DNA from: Syncephalis fuscata S228
Lineage: Eukaryota; Fungi; Zoopagomycota
Assembly (NCBI GenBank): GCA_025786725.1
Contig: JAHLTZ010000062.1
Location: 9,556-73,555 of the forward strand
Length of the DNA stretch: 64,000 bases
Reading direction: 5' to 3'
Made by a program: the position numbers and the translations under genes. Of this stretch, positions 39,198 through 52,707 are shown in pieces. Positions within the stretch are counted from its first letter, which is position 1. Each line of letters starts with the position of its first letter. The notes beneath the pieces were generated by a model that saw nothing but the letters and a program-made list of their open reading frames with translations, searched no databases and was not told the origin of the DNA.

Positions 39198-41355
39198 TTA
39201 AAAGCGTATTTGATATCGGCCCGAATTTGTTATACTTCGTAGTCCCTAAATGATATATTCACATACCAGTGCGTGTGTGTAATTAATGTAAAACATTCAT
39301 TAGTCAGCACGTTGAACTATTTGACTTGCATGATGGTTGCGGTTTTGCTTTTTACCTTAAAGTGTGTGTATGATTCGCCATGTAATGCTAGTCCACTCAC
39401 ACGCAAACCCGAAGCAGCAAACCCGTCGATGCGAAAGTCCAATTGGGCCGTATAGCCTGATTTCGGTGTATTCTCCCTACAAATACCAACATATAGTGTA
39501 AGTGGGTATTGTTTTTATCCAACGGCGCTAATGATAGATTGCGAAGCGAATATTTCCCCAATATTTATCGACTACTTACGGACAATTAAATGTGGCGGTT
39601 AACATGGGTAGACGTTCCTTATCCGATATATTGTCCACATTCCAGTAAATAATCTATTATGGCCATTGATAAAGTGTAACAATGAATATGTGTAATATAA
39701 ATACTTACTTTATTTGATGGCTCACAGCGAACATGGCCATAGTTTGCGCTAACGTGTATATTGGTGGCTTGTGGTGGTAATGGCACAGTTAAACGGGTAT
39801 CCTCAACTGCTTTACCGCCTGTTTGTCGTGTTAATAACGATACCTCCAGACGGCTTTCTACATTTACAATAGCCATTATTATAAAACAAAAATATATGAT
39901 AAAATAAAGACTACCTTTATCCTTTGCAAACGTAATCTAGGAGAAACAATAACTGGTAATGGGAGTTTATGAAGTAGTCTATTAAACAAATAAATAAACT
40001 GTATTAATTAATTATATCAATAAAATTACCGGTATTGAAGTAACTTGAATTTGCCATCAGGTGGCACGAATGAAATAACTCGATCTGATTGAAACATTGG
40101 ATATCTAGTAAATGTTATTAATGTTATTGCTTGTATTATAACTACTCGTATCACCTGATACATGGATGAAAGCTGGCATCGGCCAATAGTGTAGGATTGG
40201 TAAATGATAACGATAAATCTGGCATGCCTGTAGTCATTATTATAGTATGATTAATAATCGTAAGTTTAAATCAATTTATATTAAAATAGACTTGCCTGAA
40301 AGACGACAATTGCACTGAACAGTGCCAAATATCTCTGCTGTTACCGCATGTCCTTTACTATATAAATAAATAACATATTTATATTAATAACTATTACTAT
40401 TGTATTACTAGCTATCTTACCTATCGGTAATGACATCCATATCTTCAAGAATATCGAAATAGATCTCGTTATTAGAGTAGCGTACATCGCCTCTTCTCCA
40501 TGGCAGACTCGATATATTGCCACTAAGTGATGTCTCAGTTGTACTAATATTGACAATCAATTAAATACATTAATATCTTTTATTCAACACTTAATACAAT
40601 CGCTACTTACTTTGTTACGCTCGCCACTGTATTCATTACACGTTGATAAACAGAAGGTGGTGGTATCATTTCCTTTAATGCATTGGGTTCAGTCATCAAT
40701 GGAAATCCATTATCAGACATTTCTTCCAATAACTAAATAATATATATATAATATTATTAATGTTATTATATAATAATTATTAAGTGTTATTTACCATGTA
40801 TACAGTAACAAAATTATCTTTGATTACGACATCTGTAACATCACCGAAATAATCATGAAATATATCCGAAATATGTCGGAGAAATGTCAATACAAGTAAT
40901 GGCGATACTATAGACACGTAGATAACACACGAATAATAGGTTAGTACATGGTACTCTATCTACAACCCATCTACTCTTCTATTGCTACTACTACTACTAC
41001 TACTCTACTACTCCCTCAACTAGTATTATTATTGTAACAATTAAAGCTTGTCTTACATTCTCGGTCAACGATCGTAAGATAGATCATTCCATCGCATAGC
41101 ATATGAACAAAAGTATGTCGCTGTGAACGCAATACAGGTGGCACTTCAACTAGACCGCCTTCTTGCTGCTCTACTAACTCGCGGAAATGGTCCACACCGA
41201 ACGATCTACCACACCCCGTAAAGGTTTCTCAATAATAACATTGCTATTCGTATAACGAAGCAATAGTCAGTTCACTCTATCTAGGCATAACTGTTCAGGT
41301 CAGCCTTATTAGAGAAAGCTTACCGAGTGCCATCCAAAATGTAAAGACTATCCAT
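39198..41355 (-). CDS. APM3: AP-3 adaptor complex medium (mu) subunit, multi-exon
   Basis: LEEMSDNGFPLMTEPNALKEMIPPP, SPWRRGDVRYSNNEIYFD, CRLSGMPDL, SFHPCI, SFVPPDGKF, C-terminus GLRSITNSGRYQIRF. Confidence 0.9.
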
Positions 41356-41626
41356 GACGTCAGTAAATGGGCAGAAAGATAGGAGTTGCAATGTGTAATA
41401 ATCAGTTTAATAGATTGATTAATAGCAATTAATACTGTATTTTATATTTACACACTTTTATTCATACACACAACACTAAATAATATAGTAGCAATGACAC
41501 ATAATAACATTAATAATAAAAATATAGTAAATAATTGGACTTTTCAACAATAATCTGTATTGATAACAATAATGGAATGCTTACATCGCTGTTAATAACA
41601 GGATGCTGGCCATTGTGCCTGGTTGT

Positions 41627-42738
41627 CTAACCCGCAAGTTTAGAATAGAGCACCAACATAATTAATGCTACTAATATAAGAATAATTGCCGCAGTAATTA
41701 ACCGATTAGTAGCCATACTATTCAATAAATGGCATAAGTATAGAAACAACAAACGAGTGCTATCAAAGAAGCCGACTACTTACCGACGTGCCATGCCACG
41801 GAGTGTGCGCTGTGCCTTATCGACATACGAATCCGCCTCATGTAACTAGGTGGCCAGTAACAGATCATTTATTAATACAGTTTACGTAAAATGTACACTA
41901 CACTTACTGTATCGCGTGTATGCTGAATTTGTTCTCTTTGTGAGCGCAAATCACCTAGAATACTTGTACCTAGTGCCTCTGTGTATCGATAATAACCAGA
42001 CATGAATAAATATATAGTTATATATATAGTTATTTATCATAATTTGCGCTATTTACCTGTTTCTAGTGCAAGTCGGTGGCCCTCCTCTAGTCGGCGCGTA
42101 CTTTGATTTAGACGGTCGGTGCCATCAAGCATACGCTGTCGATGATCAAGATACGTGCTATCAGCATCATGACCACGGCCCAATGCCGACTGGCCTAATA
42201 GATTTACTCGATCATTCGATTTGGTAGCCACTTTTTTCTACACTCAATTGCATTACTCATCAGTTGGATGCTATGGCCTACAATTCAACTACTAATAGAA
42301 CCTACCATATCACGCTTTAATTTGATCAAATCTGTTTTAGATGCTCGTAGTCGACCACTAAGCCGATCCTTAAGTGGTGCTGCATACCGACCAAGTGTCA
42401 ACTCCATCTGGCCTACCTATAGTCAATGACATATACCGATATTACAATAGCGATAATGTTTAATGATGAGCAGATAACATATACTACAGTTCGCTACTTA
42501 CAATCTCTTCCGCCTCTTCAATCTCACGCTCAGTAGCACGAATAGTGGCATTGCGTTGTTCTATATACAATAAAGTTTAATTCGTCAGTAAATAGATAAC
42601 TGCTTCGATACCAAGTGTTCACTTACCGCCAACTTGGCTAGGAATCAGCGAGTTGACCTTGTTGGCAATGGTCAGCGAAATCGCCTGGTATTCTTGTTCG
42701 TAGCTTTCAAAAAGCTGCGCATCCTGCTTGTTAGCCAT
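41627..42738 (-). CDS. VTI1: Qb-SNARE Vti1, multi-exon
   Basis: LFESYEQEY, RQRMLDGTDRL..RLEEGHRLALETE, DLRSQREQI, LRGMARR followed by a C-terminal TM. Confidence 0.92.
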
Positions 42739-43114
42739 TAGTGCTGAATGGCAGCAATAATAGTTGGTCAGTAAAGGTAAGTTACAACTAGATGGAAGTA
42801 GAACAGTTTGATAAGGTGTATTCAATCAGTCCAGGAGAAGAGGTAGTATTATATCTGTCTGTCTGTCTCTCTCTCTCTGTGTGGGTGTAGTTTAAATAAA
42901 TGAATGTCACCAAGGATGGTAATCCTCTAATAATAATCTACAAGTGATCACGTGCATATCAGCAATTTCTACACTTGTAAAAATAATAGTAATAAAAATG
43001 AACACGTCAATGATGTTTTATTTATTTATTAAACTCTACACAATGCACCAAATGCTGTAGTTGTAGTTATGATGGCTGGGCAGTAGTTACATCATCATCA
43101 TCATCATCATCATT

Positions 43115-45850
43115 TTAATCGACTTCCATGTCAGCGTCGGCCGAGTTAGATGTTGCATCGGCTGCTGCTGCATCTTTTTCTGGAGCTGGCTCACCGGCAG
43201 GTGTGCTTGGTGCAGCTGGTTCAGGCGTGGCTGGCTTTGGTTTTGGCTTTGAAAGAATAGGTGCTGCAAAGAGTACCAATGCCTAATATACCATAATAAT
43301 ACCCAAAATTAATAAATAACGCTATTTAAATGATGTAAAACTTACCTCGCGCTGTTGGAGAATATCCTTGGTGTATAAAACTGAATCCTTGTCCTTACCA
43401 AGTGCATCTTGCTGTTTTAGCTTGCTTTCGAGCCAGCTTTGGATCTTTAAGCACTGGTTGATTACCGATTGCTTATCTTCGGCAGAGATATGCTCGAAGC
43501 GAGCGTCCTGGCCTGAAGCATTAAGCGTGTACTGGTCGATAGCCTCGCGCAAAGAACGAATAGCCTTTGGCCGTTCTTCGGCTTCCTTGTAGCGAATAGC
43601 AATTGGATCGCCATGGCGGTGTAGCTCATCTAGCTTCTCGATATAAACACTTTGGTGGCATCTTCACCTTCATCGTATAGCCATTCTTCGGTGGCATTAA
43701 GCAGGGACATAAATGCACTACGTTCCTGTTCTGACGCATAGTCCTTGTAGCGCATATCAAGCTTGTCGCGCATGTCGTAAACATACTCTTCCAGAGCATT
43801 TTTACGCTCTGCCGTGTCAATAACCAAACGATCTGTTGAGTGCATCTGGCCTTCGTTTTCTTGCAGCTCAGTAATGTACGATGTTGGCAGACTAGGCGTA
43901 GTAGACACAACAGGTATTTCGTGCTTCTTAACTGTCTTCTTTGACTTCTTGGCAGCTGGTGACGGCGATGATGCATCCGCACTTGCTTCTGCCGACTTGT
44001 CGTCCGTGTCCATTTGTGCTGCTTGATCCGGAGTGGCCTCGTCTTCTTCCTTGACAATTTCTTCAGCAATATGCGCACTTTCTACAACAACAACGCCATG
44101 GATATTGACGCGGGCCTTAACACGAACTGTAGACAATTCGCCGTCCTTGGTAGGTACAACGTTCTTTACGCTGAAACGGCCAATTAGTGGCTGAGTACCA
44201 GCTGGCAGTTTGTCTGATGACACGTAAAGTGCCTCAACATCAAACGGATCTTTACGATAGAAAGTAAGGATCTTGGTGCTTGGCATGCTATTTCCCTTGG
44301 CAAATACATCGAGCTCCGATAGAGTCTGCGGGTCGTTGGACGATGGCCAGGCAAATTTGATAGGATATGGCGTAATATCTTGGACAGCGAATTCACGCAC
44401 ACGGAAAGCTGGTGATAGCATAGCACATTGTAAAGCACATCCACGAGCAATGGCTTCATCTTGATTAAGCGTAGTGCTTAATTCCTTGTGGAAAACAGCC
44501 TCTAGCTGCTGTTTAATGGCAGGAATGCGCATAGAGCCGCCTACCAACTCGATAGCATCAACTTGCTCGGCAGTAACGCCAGCATTGACCAATGCTTCGC
44601 GCACTATTGGTTCAACTCGGCTAAATAGACCGGCAGCTAGCTCTTCAAACTGATGGCGTTCTAATATCGAGCTGACATCGCGGTCATTCATCAAGTTTTC
44701 CACATTAAGTGGTGCCTTGGAGTTGGCCGATAGAACCTTCTTTAGCTTCTCGCAGGCCGTACGTAGACGAAGCATAGCCTTGCCGTTGGATTTGACATCA
44801 ATCTTGTACTTTTCTTTAAATTCTTCGCAGAAATGGTCGCAAAGTACTTCGTCAAAGTAACGGCCACCCAAATGGATATCAAAAGCAGTACCCTTGATCA
44901 ATAGCTGTCCCTTTTTGAACTCGACTACAGCAACGCTGAATGAAGAGTGGCCCATATCGGTAAACACAACAGTACGTGGCTTGTCTTCCGGCAGATCGGT
45001 CTTGGTAATGCCATAACCGAGCGCAGCTAATGGACAGTATATGGTTAGTTAGTTAAAAGTCAATCTATAATATATAGCACTTTATTACTCACCAGCCGTT
45101 GTGTCGTTCATCAAACGAAGGCAATTAAGGCCTGCAATCTCTGCAGCATCCAAAAGTGCACGTCGTTGGCCATCGGTAAACCAGCCAGGTACAGAAAGAA
45201 CTACATCAGACACTGGTGCCTTCAACTCGGCCACTGCAGTTTCGCGTAGACGAGCAAGATACATTGCGATAAGCTGCACTGCTGAGAATGTAGTGTCATT
45301 GTCTAGATAATTGACCTATATGTACAGTTAATAAAAGCCAATCTATCGCTTAAGCTAATCTGTGCCTACCTTGGCACCAACTTGGCCGTTCACGTCGCAT
45401 AATTCGGCAGTAATAAAACGCTTTTCCACTTGTTGCACTTCTGGATCATCGAAACGACGACCAACAAGACGCTTCAACGCGGCAACCGTATTACGGAAGT
45501 TACTAATTTCCTACAAAGTTAACAGTATTAGTCGAATGTATTAATGAAAATATTATGTCATACATTAGTTTTGGCTGATTCGCCCAAATAGCGTTGCTTT
45601 GAACCAAACGATACTAACGAACTATAGCAAGTTTGAAATTTTAGTACACAGCAAGTCTAGACGACTAATTCCTATACTTACGGTGTAGCACGATTGGATA
45701 CTTCATTGCAAATGACGTCAATACCACGATTGCGTGCCACTGCAATTACCGACTGTAAATTGCCGAAATCAATACCTGTATACCATGTAGCAGTTAGTTG
45801 CTGCGCATCATAGAAACTACTCAAGCATTCGACCTACCAACAACCGACAT
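43115..45850 (-). CDS. SSE1: Hsp110/Sse1 (Hsp88) chaperone and nucleotide-exchange factor (apparent indel ~43650)
   Basis: [59 protein letters not shown]-terminal MEVD. Confidence 0.95.
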
Positions 45851-46026
45851 GATGTAGAAAGAAAGTTGCGCTAAAGAACAGAGATACAAAGAGCAGATGA
45901 AAGAACTGTAACCGTTGCAAACGAAAGAGAAACGAAAATCGACTGGCTAAATATGCGCGCCTTTTTTTAATTGGTTGTAATGCTTCAAATAAAAAAACTG
46001 ATAAGCGAATCTGACACGACCTCACA

Positions 46027-46049
46027 TTCTAGCATGTTCCACATGTTTC
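46027..46049. promoter_or_regulatory. Putative heat-shock element upstream of SSE1
   Basis: TTCtaGCAtgTTCcacatgtTTC: TTC units at 10-nt spacing, ~180 bp upstream of the ATG. Confidence 0.5.
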
Positions 46050-47540
46050 CATCACCAAATTTCTGTTATTATCGATTGAGTAACATCATTTTAATTTTTC
46101 GGGTAAACCTTTGCAGTGTAGCTAGATCACTATAGTTATAATTACTATTTTTACCTTTTTAATTTTGGTTGAAATATGTATTCTTAATAAATATTACATA
46201 GGAGCTACTATGCTTTGACTTCACATTTTTATTTATCCATTTCACCCTTCAACACGTTTAAATACGTTAAACACCCATTCATCACTATAACATGTATAAT
46301 ATTACGTCCAACATTGATTAATTCATGTGTAATTATTAATACAATAATGTAATTAAATATGCCCAAAATGCAATACTCGAAAATTGGAAAATAAACAGAC
46401 CATTCAAACGCAAGAATCCATGCTGTACGTAGCTGCAACAACTGCGGAATGACATGGAATTGTAATTATATGGCTTTTATTAATATTCAATCAATCTTTC
46501 TACGTATGGCCAACAACAACAATAATCAACCTCAAATGTTTCAAAGTAGTCGAATAGTATGTTACATTCTTTTATTTAAATTAATTTATTAACAACATCT
46601 TAATAGGAAGTAATATAACTATGTTGTGCATTATAATGGTATAACTCTGATTGGAACGAATTGTGCTTTGGGGACAGATGTGGGAGTGTCATAGTTCAGC
46701 CAAAAACAGCTTTTCTATAAAATCCATAGTATTTCCATGTAAAAGTAATAGATTTAAATTGCTATATTTGAAACAGCACCAATGCATTGCTGTTGATTCG
46801 CAAATTGACAATGTTTCTAAAACATCCGTTGCTGGAACATGATTCAATTGCATTTTGATTCAATGCCATTTTATCAATGCTACGATAGTACCATATTTGA
46901 TAACTATAGATCACCTAGATTGTTTCACACTAAAAATCGTAACTACACTTTTGCTATATTTTAAATGCTATTTTCTACTTATGTAGAGCATAGCTATATA
47001 GCTGATTAATTTTTTCTAATAATAAATTTTGAACAAGTTCAGTTAACTCATAATCTATGTATTTATATATGTTTGTAATTGTATTTTGTAATATCATTAC
47101 AATTCATTACAAGCAATACCGATAACTTAATTAGTTAGTTTTTATCTATTTTTATTAATGCTATTAAACAACTTACTAAATATTTAATGTAATTGGGAGA
47201 GGAGATCAAATGATTAAACTTGGAACATTTTCTATTAAACATGAAATTAAGTGGCGAGTGACACCAGTCATCGAAATATTATTTTTTAAATACTTTATAG
47301 CAACAGCAATAATATGGATTTGGGGTTGGTATGATGTTATAGCAACAAATCTTATTTTCAGGAGTAAAAGTCGATGGCAATTTATACAAAATGAAGCGTA
47401 ATTGATGCATTTTAGCATATTATAAATTATTCTGTTACCACCAATAGTCGTTATTTCTGCTAAACTAGTTGCTAATTCTCTATTGCTGTAATGCCTTTTT
47501 ATGCTTCAACCTTTGTAAATTTATAGATTCGATGACAATT

Positions 47541-48499
47541 CTATAAAGTATTGGCCATATGGTACCTTTTACGACTAGCAAAAGAGCTAGTTTTACTCTT
47601 TACGGTTCGGCAATGTCTGATCAGTATTGTACTAACAAGCACCCTAGATTCGTATTAGTACATCAATAATGTTCAATGTGTTAAGGCCCACCAATCTGCA
47701 AGAAACAACAGGTCAGTGTTTCCCCCAACTATATGAAATATTATGCAAATGCAACAAATGATGTTGCATAGCACGGCCAGACACATTGCTTGAATACCAT
47801 CGCGTGCTAGTCGTTTCCATGCGTCCAATCCATACTGGCGATACTGTTGTAGCGCCACGTAATAAAATATGCTTGAAAAAAGTAAATTAATTAATACTGC
47901 TGTCCCAAACCAGTACCATAAGAAAAACGGCGGATAGTTAAATACACAGCCGCTATCTGCCGTCAGTAAAGAGAAGCTGTAGAACACAATTAAAAACCCG
48001 TATACTAGATGTGACAATGTCAGTGGAATACCAACATATGCCACCCATTTTTGGCGATCAAATATCAGATAGGCCTTTTGAAGTAAAATCAAGCTATTGC
48101 AAAAGTAGGAAATTGATATTCCAAATCCAATAAACCATATTGTATGTCGACAATTGAAAACACTGCCCAACTCCATAAGCATAATCATCAGACCGGTTAG
48201 AATTCCAAGGACAGTAGGGACTAGACAGCACCATGAAACTAGGATATATGGTCGCGCTATCACCATCTTGAACGAAATGATAAAGTTGCGTAAAATAATG
48301 AAGGATAGTACTGGAATGGTTATTATTTGCGTTTTGCTACCAAACCATTGATTGCGTTGATCTTCTATACTGTTGGATGCCATCATATAAAAGTCCAGTA
48401 TACTGACTTCACCAAGTGGGTGAGCCGGATTACCCCATAGCTTTGTTGCGTTTCTTATCCATTCGTTTGCAGCTGCATTGTTTAGTCTATGACCGGCAT
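47541..48499 (-). CDS. Orphan 7TM GPCR-like protein, HPLGE family copy 2 (intron 47644-47691; 1-nt indel just after the start)
   Basis: MPVID(Y)NNAAANEW..WGNPAHPLGE, NCRH, DSGC, AWKRLARDGIQ, DW split by the intron. Confidence 0.8.
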
Positions 48500-49101
48500 T
48501 AACAGCTCTGTGTATCAAACATATAATAGGTAGTAAAATAATGTTAAAAGCAATAAATACGATATTGGAATGGGATTATGAGCATTTATGAATCAACGCC
48601 AGTTTACTATTTTTGCCCTTAGTTTTTATGCATAGCGACTAGTTATGGCAATACAACTGGTTTTATTATGAGTGAATATGCGTATATTCTATTGTGGTCG
48701 AACAACATGTAGCCTTAGCCGATTGCACAGTAAGTACCCTTGCGCCTGTCTCGGCTCTTAGCAACAGCAGTAGTATAATACTGCACACAAATAAGTCCCA
48801 TGAACTTTTCAGCAATAGTCTATCCGTAGCAGTGACTTGCTGTATCGCATACATGATGTTATGAATGGAATATAGAGTTTGCACAGACATAAGCACATTA
48901 CTAAATTTAAACCTTTGTGATCGTACAACTGTAATATTCTAATTTAGCATCAGCATTTCACATTGTATAATACCAATCATTGTAAAGTTATATTTTTAAG
49001 CAACATTTATATGAATTATATAAAATATTTGCTAAACAATAGTTAAATTCAAAGGTGACCGTTCATTAGTTCATGCTTTTAGAAATGGTAACCTTTGAGA
49101 A

Positions 49102-50015
49102 TTAGCAATTCAATGTTTTGAAGTTACTTGAATCACTAGAGTTATTTTGTACAGATTGGCAATGCTTAATTAATATAGTACTAACAGCAATCCTATACAT
49201 ATATACATTAACAAATCTTATATATATCGCAGTATTAAAGCCTACCAGCCTACATGAAATACCATGCCTATACAGCAAATCATGTTGCATAGCACAGCCA
49301 AGCACGTTAGTTGAAAACATTGCGTACTAACCATCTCCACGCATCTGAACCATGTCTACAATATTGCTTTAGTGCGATGTAGCAAAAAACACCTAAAAAA
49401 GTAGATTAATTGGCGCTGTCGTTGCAAGCCAGTACCACAGCAGCGACGAAGGGTGGTTAAACGTAAAGCTGCTGTCTGCAGTCAGCGTAAAGAAGCTGTA
49501 GGATATAATTAAAAATGAATATACTAGATGCGACGATGCCAGTGAAATGCCAACATATGTCATCCATTTTTGCCGATCAAGTACCAAGTACGCTTTTGGA
49601 GTAGATCAAGCTATTTCAAAAGTAGGACATTGATATTCCAAATAAAATGCATCATATAGTATGTCTGCAATCAAAGCCAAGACCCAAATACACAATTATA
49701 GAAATTACGGCAACTATAAGTCCGAAATAGTAGGAATTAAGCAGCATCATGAAGCTAGAATATATGGTTGTGCTATCACCATTTTGGAAGAAATAATAAA
49801 GTTGCGCAAAAAATAAATGTTAATACTGGAACAAGCATTAATTATATTTTGCTGCTAAACCACTGATTGCGTTGCTCATCTATATCACCAGATGTTATCA
49901 TATAGTAGCCCAATATATTAATTTCGCCGAGTGGATACATTGGATTGTTCCATATTTTTAGTGCATGTTTCATCCATTCATTGGTGGTGGCATTACTGTA
50001 GTCGGTAGCCGGAAT
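49102..50015 (-). pseudogene. Decayed HPLGE-family 7TM copy 3
   Basis: Start position reads ATT instead of ATG; YPLGE motif; multiple frameshifts and stops; multi-codon deletion before TM7; ECL2 Cys replaced (DSSF). Confidence 0.7.
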
Positions 50016-50709
50016 CTTTTACTGTAAATGTTTGTTCAAATAAAAGTATTAAGAAAACGCTAAAAATTGAATTAAAGTTGACGTGATCCGTTACTTACCA
50101 TCCTTGAAATGTACGCATGATAACCTGTCATGACTATAAATCGGTTTTCTCAACGATATTGGGGAAGTATCAAATATTCTACTACAACCTTTAGTACAAC
50201 TAAATATATTACAAATGCTTAGTTTTATATAAAAACATACACGTGTAACATTTCGATTTAGGCCTACATCATTAAAACATATTTTATAAAATAACATTGC
50301 AATAATGTAAATTCTGGCGTAGAATGTGTAAAACTATTAGCATAGCTAATGTAACTTAGTGTAAAAACATTATACTTTCTTATCATATTTAGTATGCACA
50401 AAAATAATGATCACTACAAAAGTGTAATAAAGATAATTTTATTAATGTTATAATATGTCATTGTATATACATATATATGTGTGTGTATGTGTAGAACTAC
50501 TTTAATGCATACTATTCTACCAGTGTTTTTGGATAGTGTTTTGTAAAAGTAATTGCTAGTTGTAAGCATAGTTCGCAATACCAATAATTACTGTAACCGG
50601 TACATAACATCGTATCACCACATTGATATATCGTAACAAAAAGTGGTGGCTACTCTACTTGTTACAGGTAATTAAAACTAGATTGTTATGCTAAACATTT
50701 ATTTGTATG

Positions 50710-51695
50710 TTATTTTATAAATAGTACGCTTTCAGGTTGGAACGAGTCAATAATACAATATTTTTTGAGATCGCTTGAATCACTAGAGTTATTTTTTACA
50801 GATTGGCAATGCTTGATCAATATAGTACTAACAGCAATCCTAGACATATATTAACAAATCTTATGTATATTGCAGTATTAAAGCCTACCAGTCTGTAACA
50901 AATAACAGATCGGCATTTCCTCCACCTATATGGAATGTTAAGCCTATACAGCAAATAATATTGCATAAAACGGCCAAAGACATTTGCTGAATACCATCGC
51001 GTGCTAATTGCATCCAGGCATTTGATCCATGTTGGCGATATTGCTTCAATGCAATGTGGCAAAACACGCCTGAAAAAATTAAACTAATCGGCGCTGTCAT
51101 TGTAAACCAAAACCCCACAACAAACGGTGGGTAGTTAATTGTGCATCCGCTATCTGCAGTCAGTGCGGAAAAACAATAGGGTATAACAGTAACGAAATAG
51201 AATATATTTAACGATATCAGTGGAATACCAACATATAACAACCATTTTTGCCGATCAAGTATCAGGTAAGCTTTTGAAGCAAAATCAAATTGTTACAAAA
51301 ATAAGATATTGATATCCCGAATGTAATGAACCATATCGTATGCCTGCAAATAAAAATCCAACCCAGGTACATAAGCATAGTTATTGAGCTAGCCATAACT
51401 CCAAGAATACTAGGAATTAGACAGCACCACGAAACTAAGATATATGGTCGCATTAGCGTCATTTTGACGAAATGATAAAGTTGTGTAAAATGATAAATGA
51501 CGCTATTAGAAGGAATAATATCTGTAGTTTACTGCCGAACCATAGACTGCGTTGTTCGTCTATGTTGCCGGATGCCATCATGTAAAAGTCTAGCGTGTTA
51601 ATTTCACCAAGTGGATGAAGTGAATTACCCCATAGCTTTTTCGCATGTTTCCTCCATTCGTTGGTAGCTGCATTATTGTAGTCGATAACCGGCAT
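50710..51695 (-). CDS. Orphan 7TM GPCR-like protein, HPLGE family copy 4 (intron 50840-50888; ~3 single-base indels, artefact or recent pseudogene)
   Basis: MPVIDYNNAATNEW..LHPLGE, ICRH, DSGC, AWMQLARDGIQ, DW split by the intron. Confidence 0.7.
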
Positions 51696-52642
51696 TTTTA
51701 GTAAAGTTATAATAGAGCAAAGCAATGTAAATTCGTTTAAATAAAAGTAACAGAAGAAAATACAAATAATGATAGATTCAGCGTGGAAGCGCCACTCATT
51801 GTACTTGAGGTGCATGCATGATAACTAGTTATTGCAATAAAACCAGTTTTTGGCAATGATGATAAGTGCGGATTCTGTAATGCAGTTTCGTTCTAACTAA
51901 ATGTCCAATGAATATCTGTCATAAAATCAATTGTTAAACATTTAGATATGTCTATTTTATACAATATTTTATTAAGATTAAAGCAATATATATTACATTG
52001 CTTATCGAATGAATATGTATTATAGCGAGTATTACCGGGAACTGCTGTGACCCAGTGGATTTTTATGGAAAAAGCCAGGCCTTTGTGAAATCGTTTATCA
52101 GGCAATATCTCGATTTAGCAATGCATCATTGCAGTACCATGCTTTATAAAATGATATTATAGTATCACTATTTTAATTTAGAACTGCAACTTAAATGACC
52201 AAGCAATACCTTATCCTGACGTTATGTTATAGCTTTAATCTTTAATAGTTACTAATACTTATATTAACACTCAGAGTACAATGTATTGGCTGGTTATATT
52301 GATTTGATAACAAACTTATTTTCTATTGGTTGTTAAATATTACAGTTTAATTATAATAGGCCGAATAACTTGCATGACGCTAAGTAGAAATAAGATTGGA
52401 CTAGAGACTTGATTATCACTTTATTGATATTGAATAAAGCTATTATTACATAATAAACATAATTAATAATATAACTTGAATATTCTATATTCCTTCAGCA
52501 CTAACACAGCATATCGGTTTATTTAACTGCTCATATGTTCACAGCTAACAAGTAGTTATTCGTTATATTTTCGTAATAAACATTTGTTGCTAGCAATTAG
52601 CACTAATACCTGTATCTATATACATATTATTATTAATGACTA

Positions 52643-52707
52643 AATTACATTATTAACGAAGTTCATTTTAAGCTTTGTTATAGTCTAATTAAGGTTTCCC
52701 TTCAGGG
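52643..52707. repeat. Dispersed ~65-nt structured element, copy B (inverted relative to copy A)
   Basis: AATTACAT..TAACGAAG..CTTTGTTA..TCCCTTCAGGG matches the reverse complement of 3970-4038. Confidence 0.7.

Noticed and set aside
4712-45850. Calling urease, Sse1, the ubiquitin fusion, AP-3 mu or septin pseudogenes or programmed frameshifts
   Set aside because: Scattered 1-nt losses with no common slippery motif and otherwise intact conservation fit assembly error better
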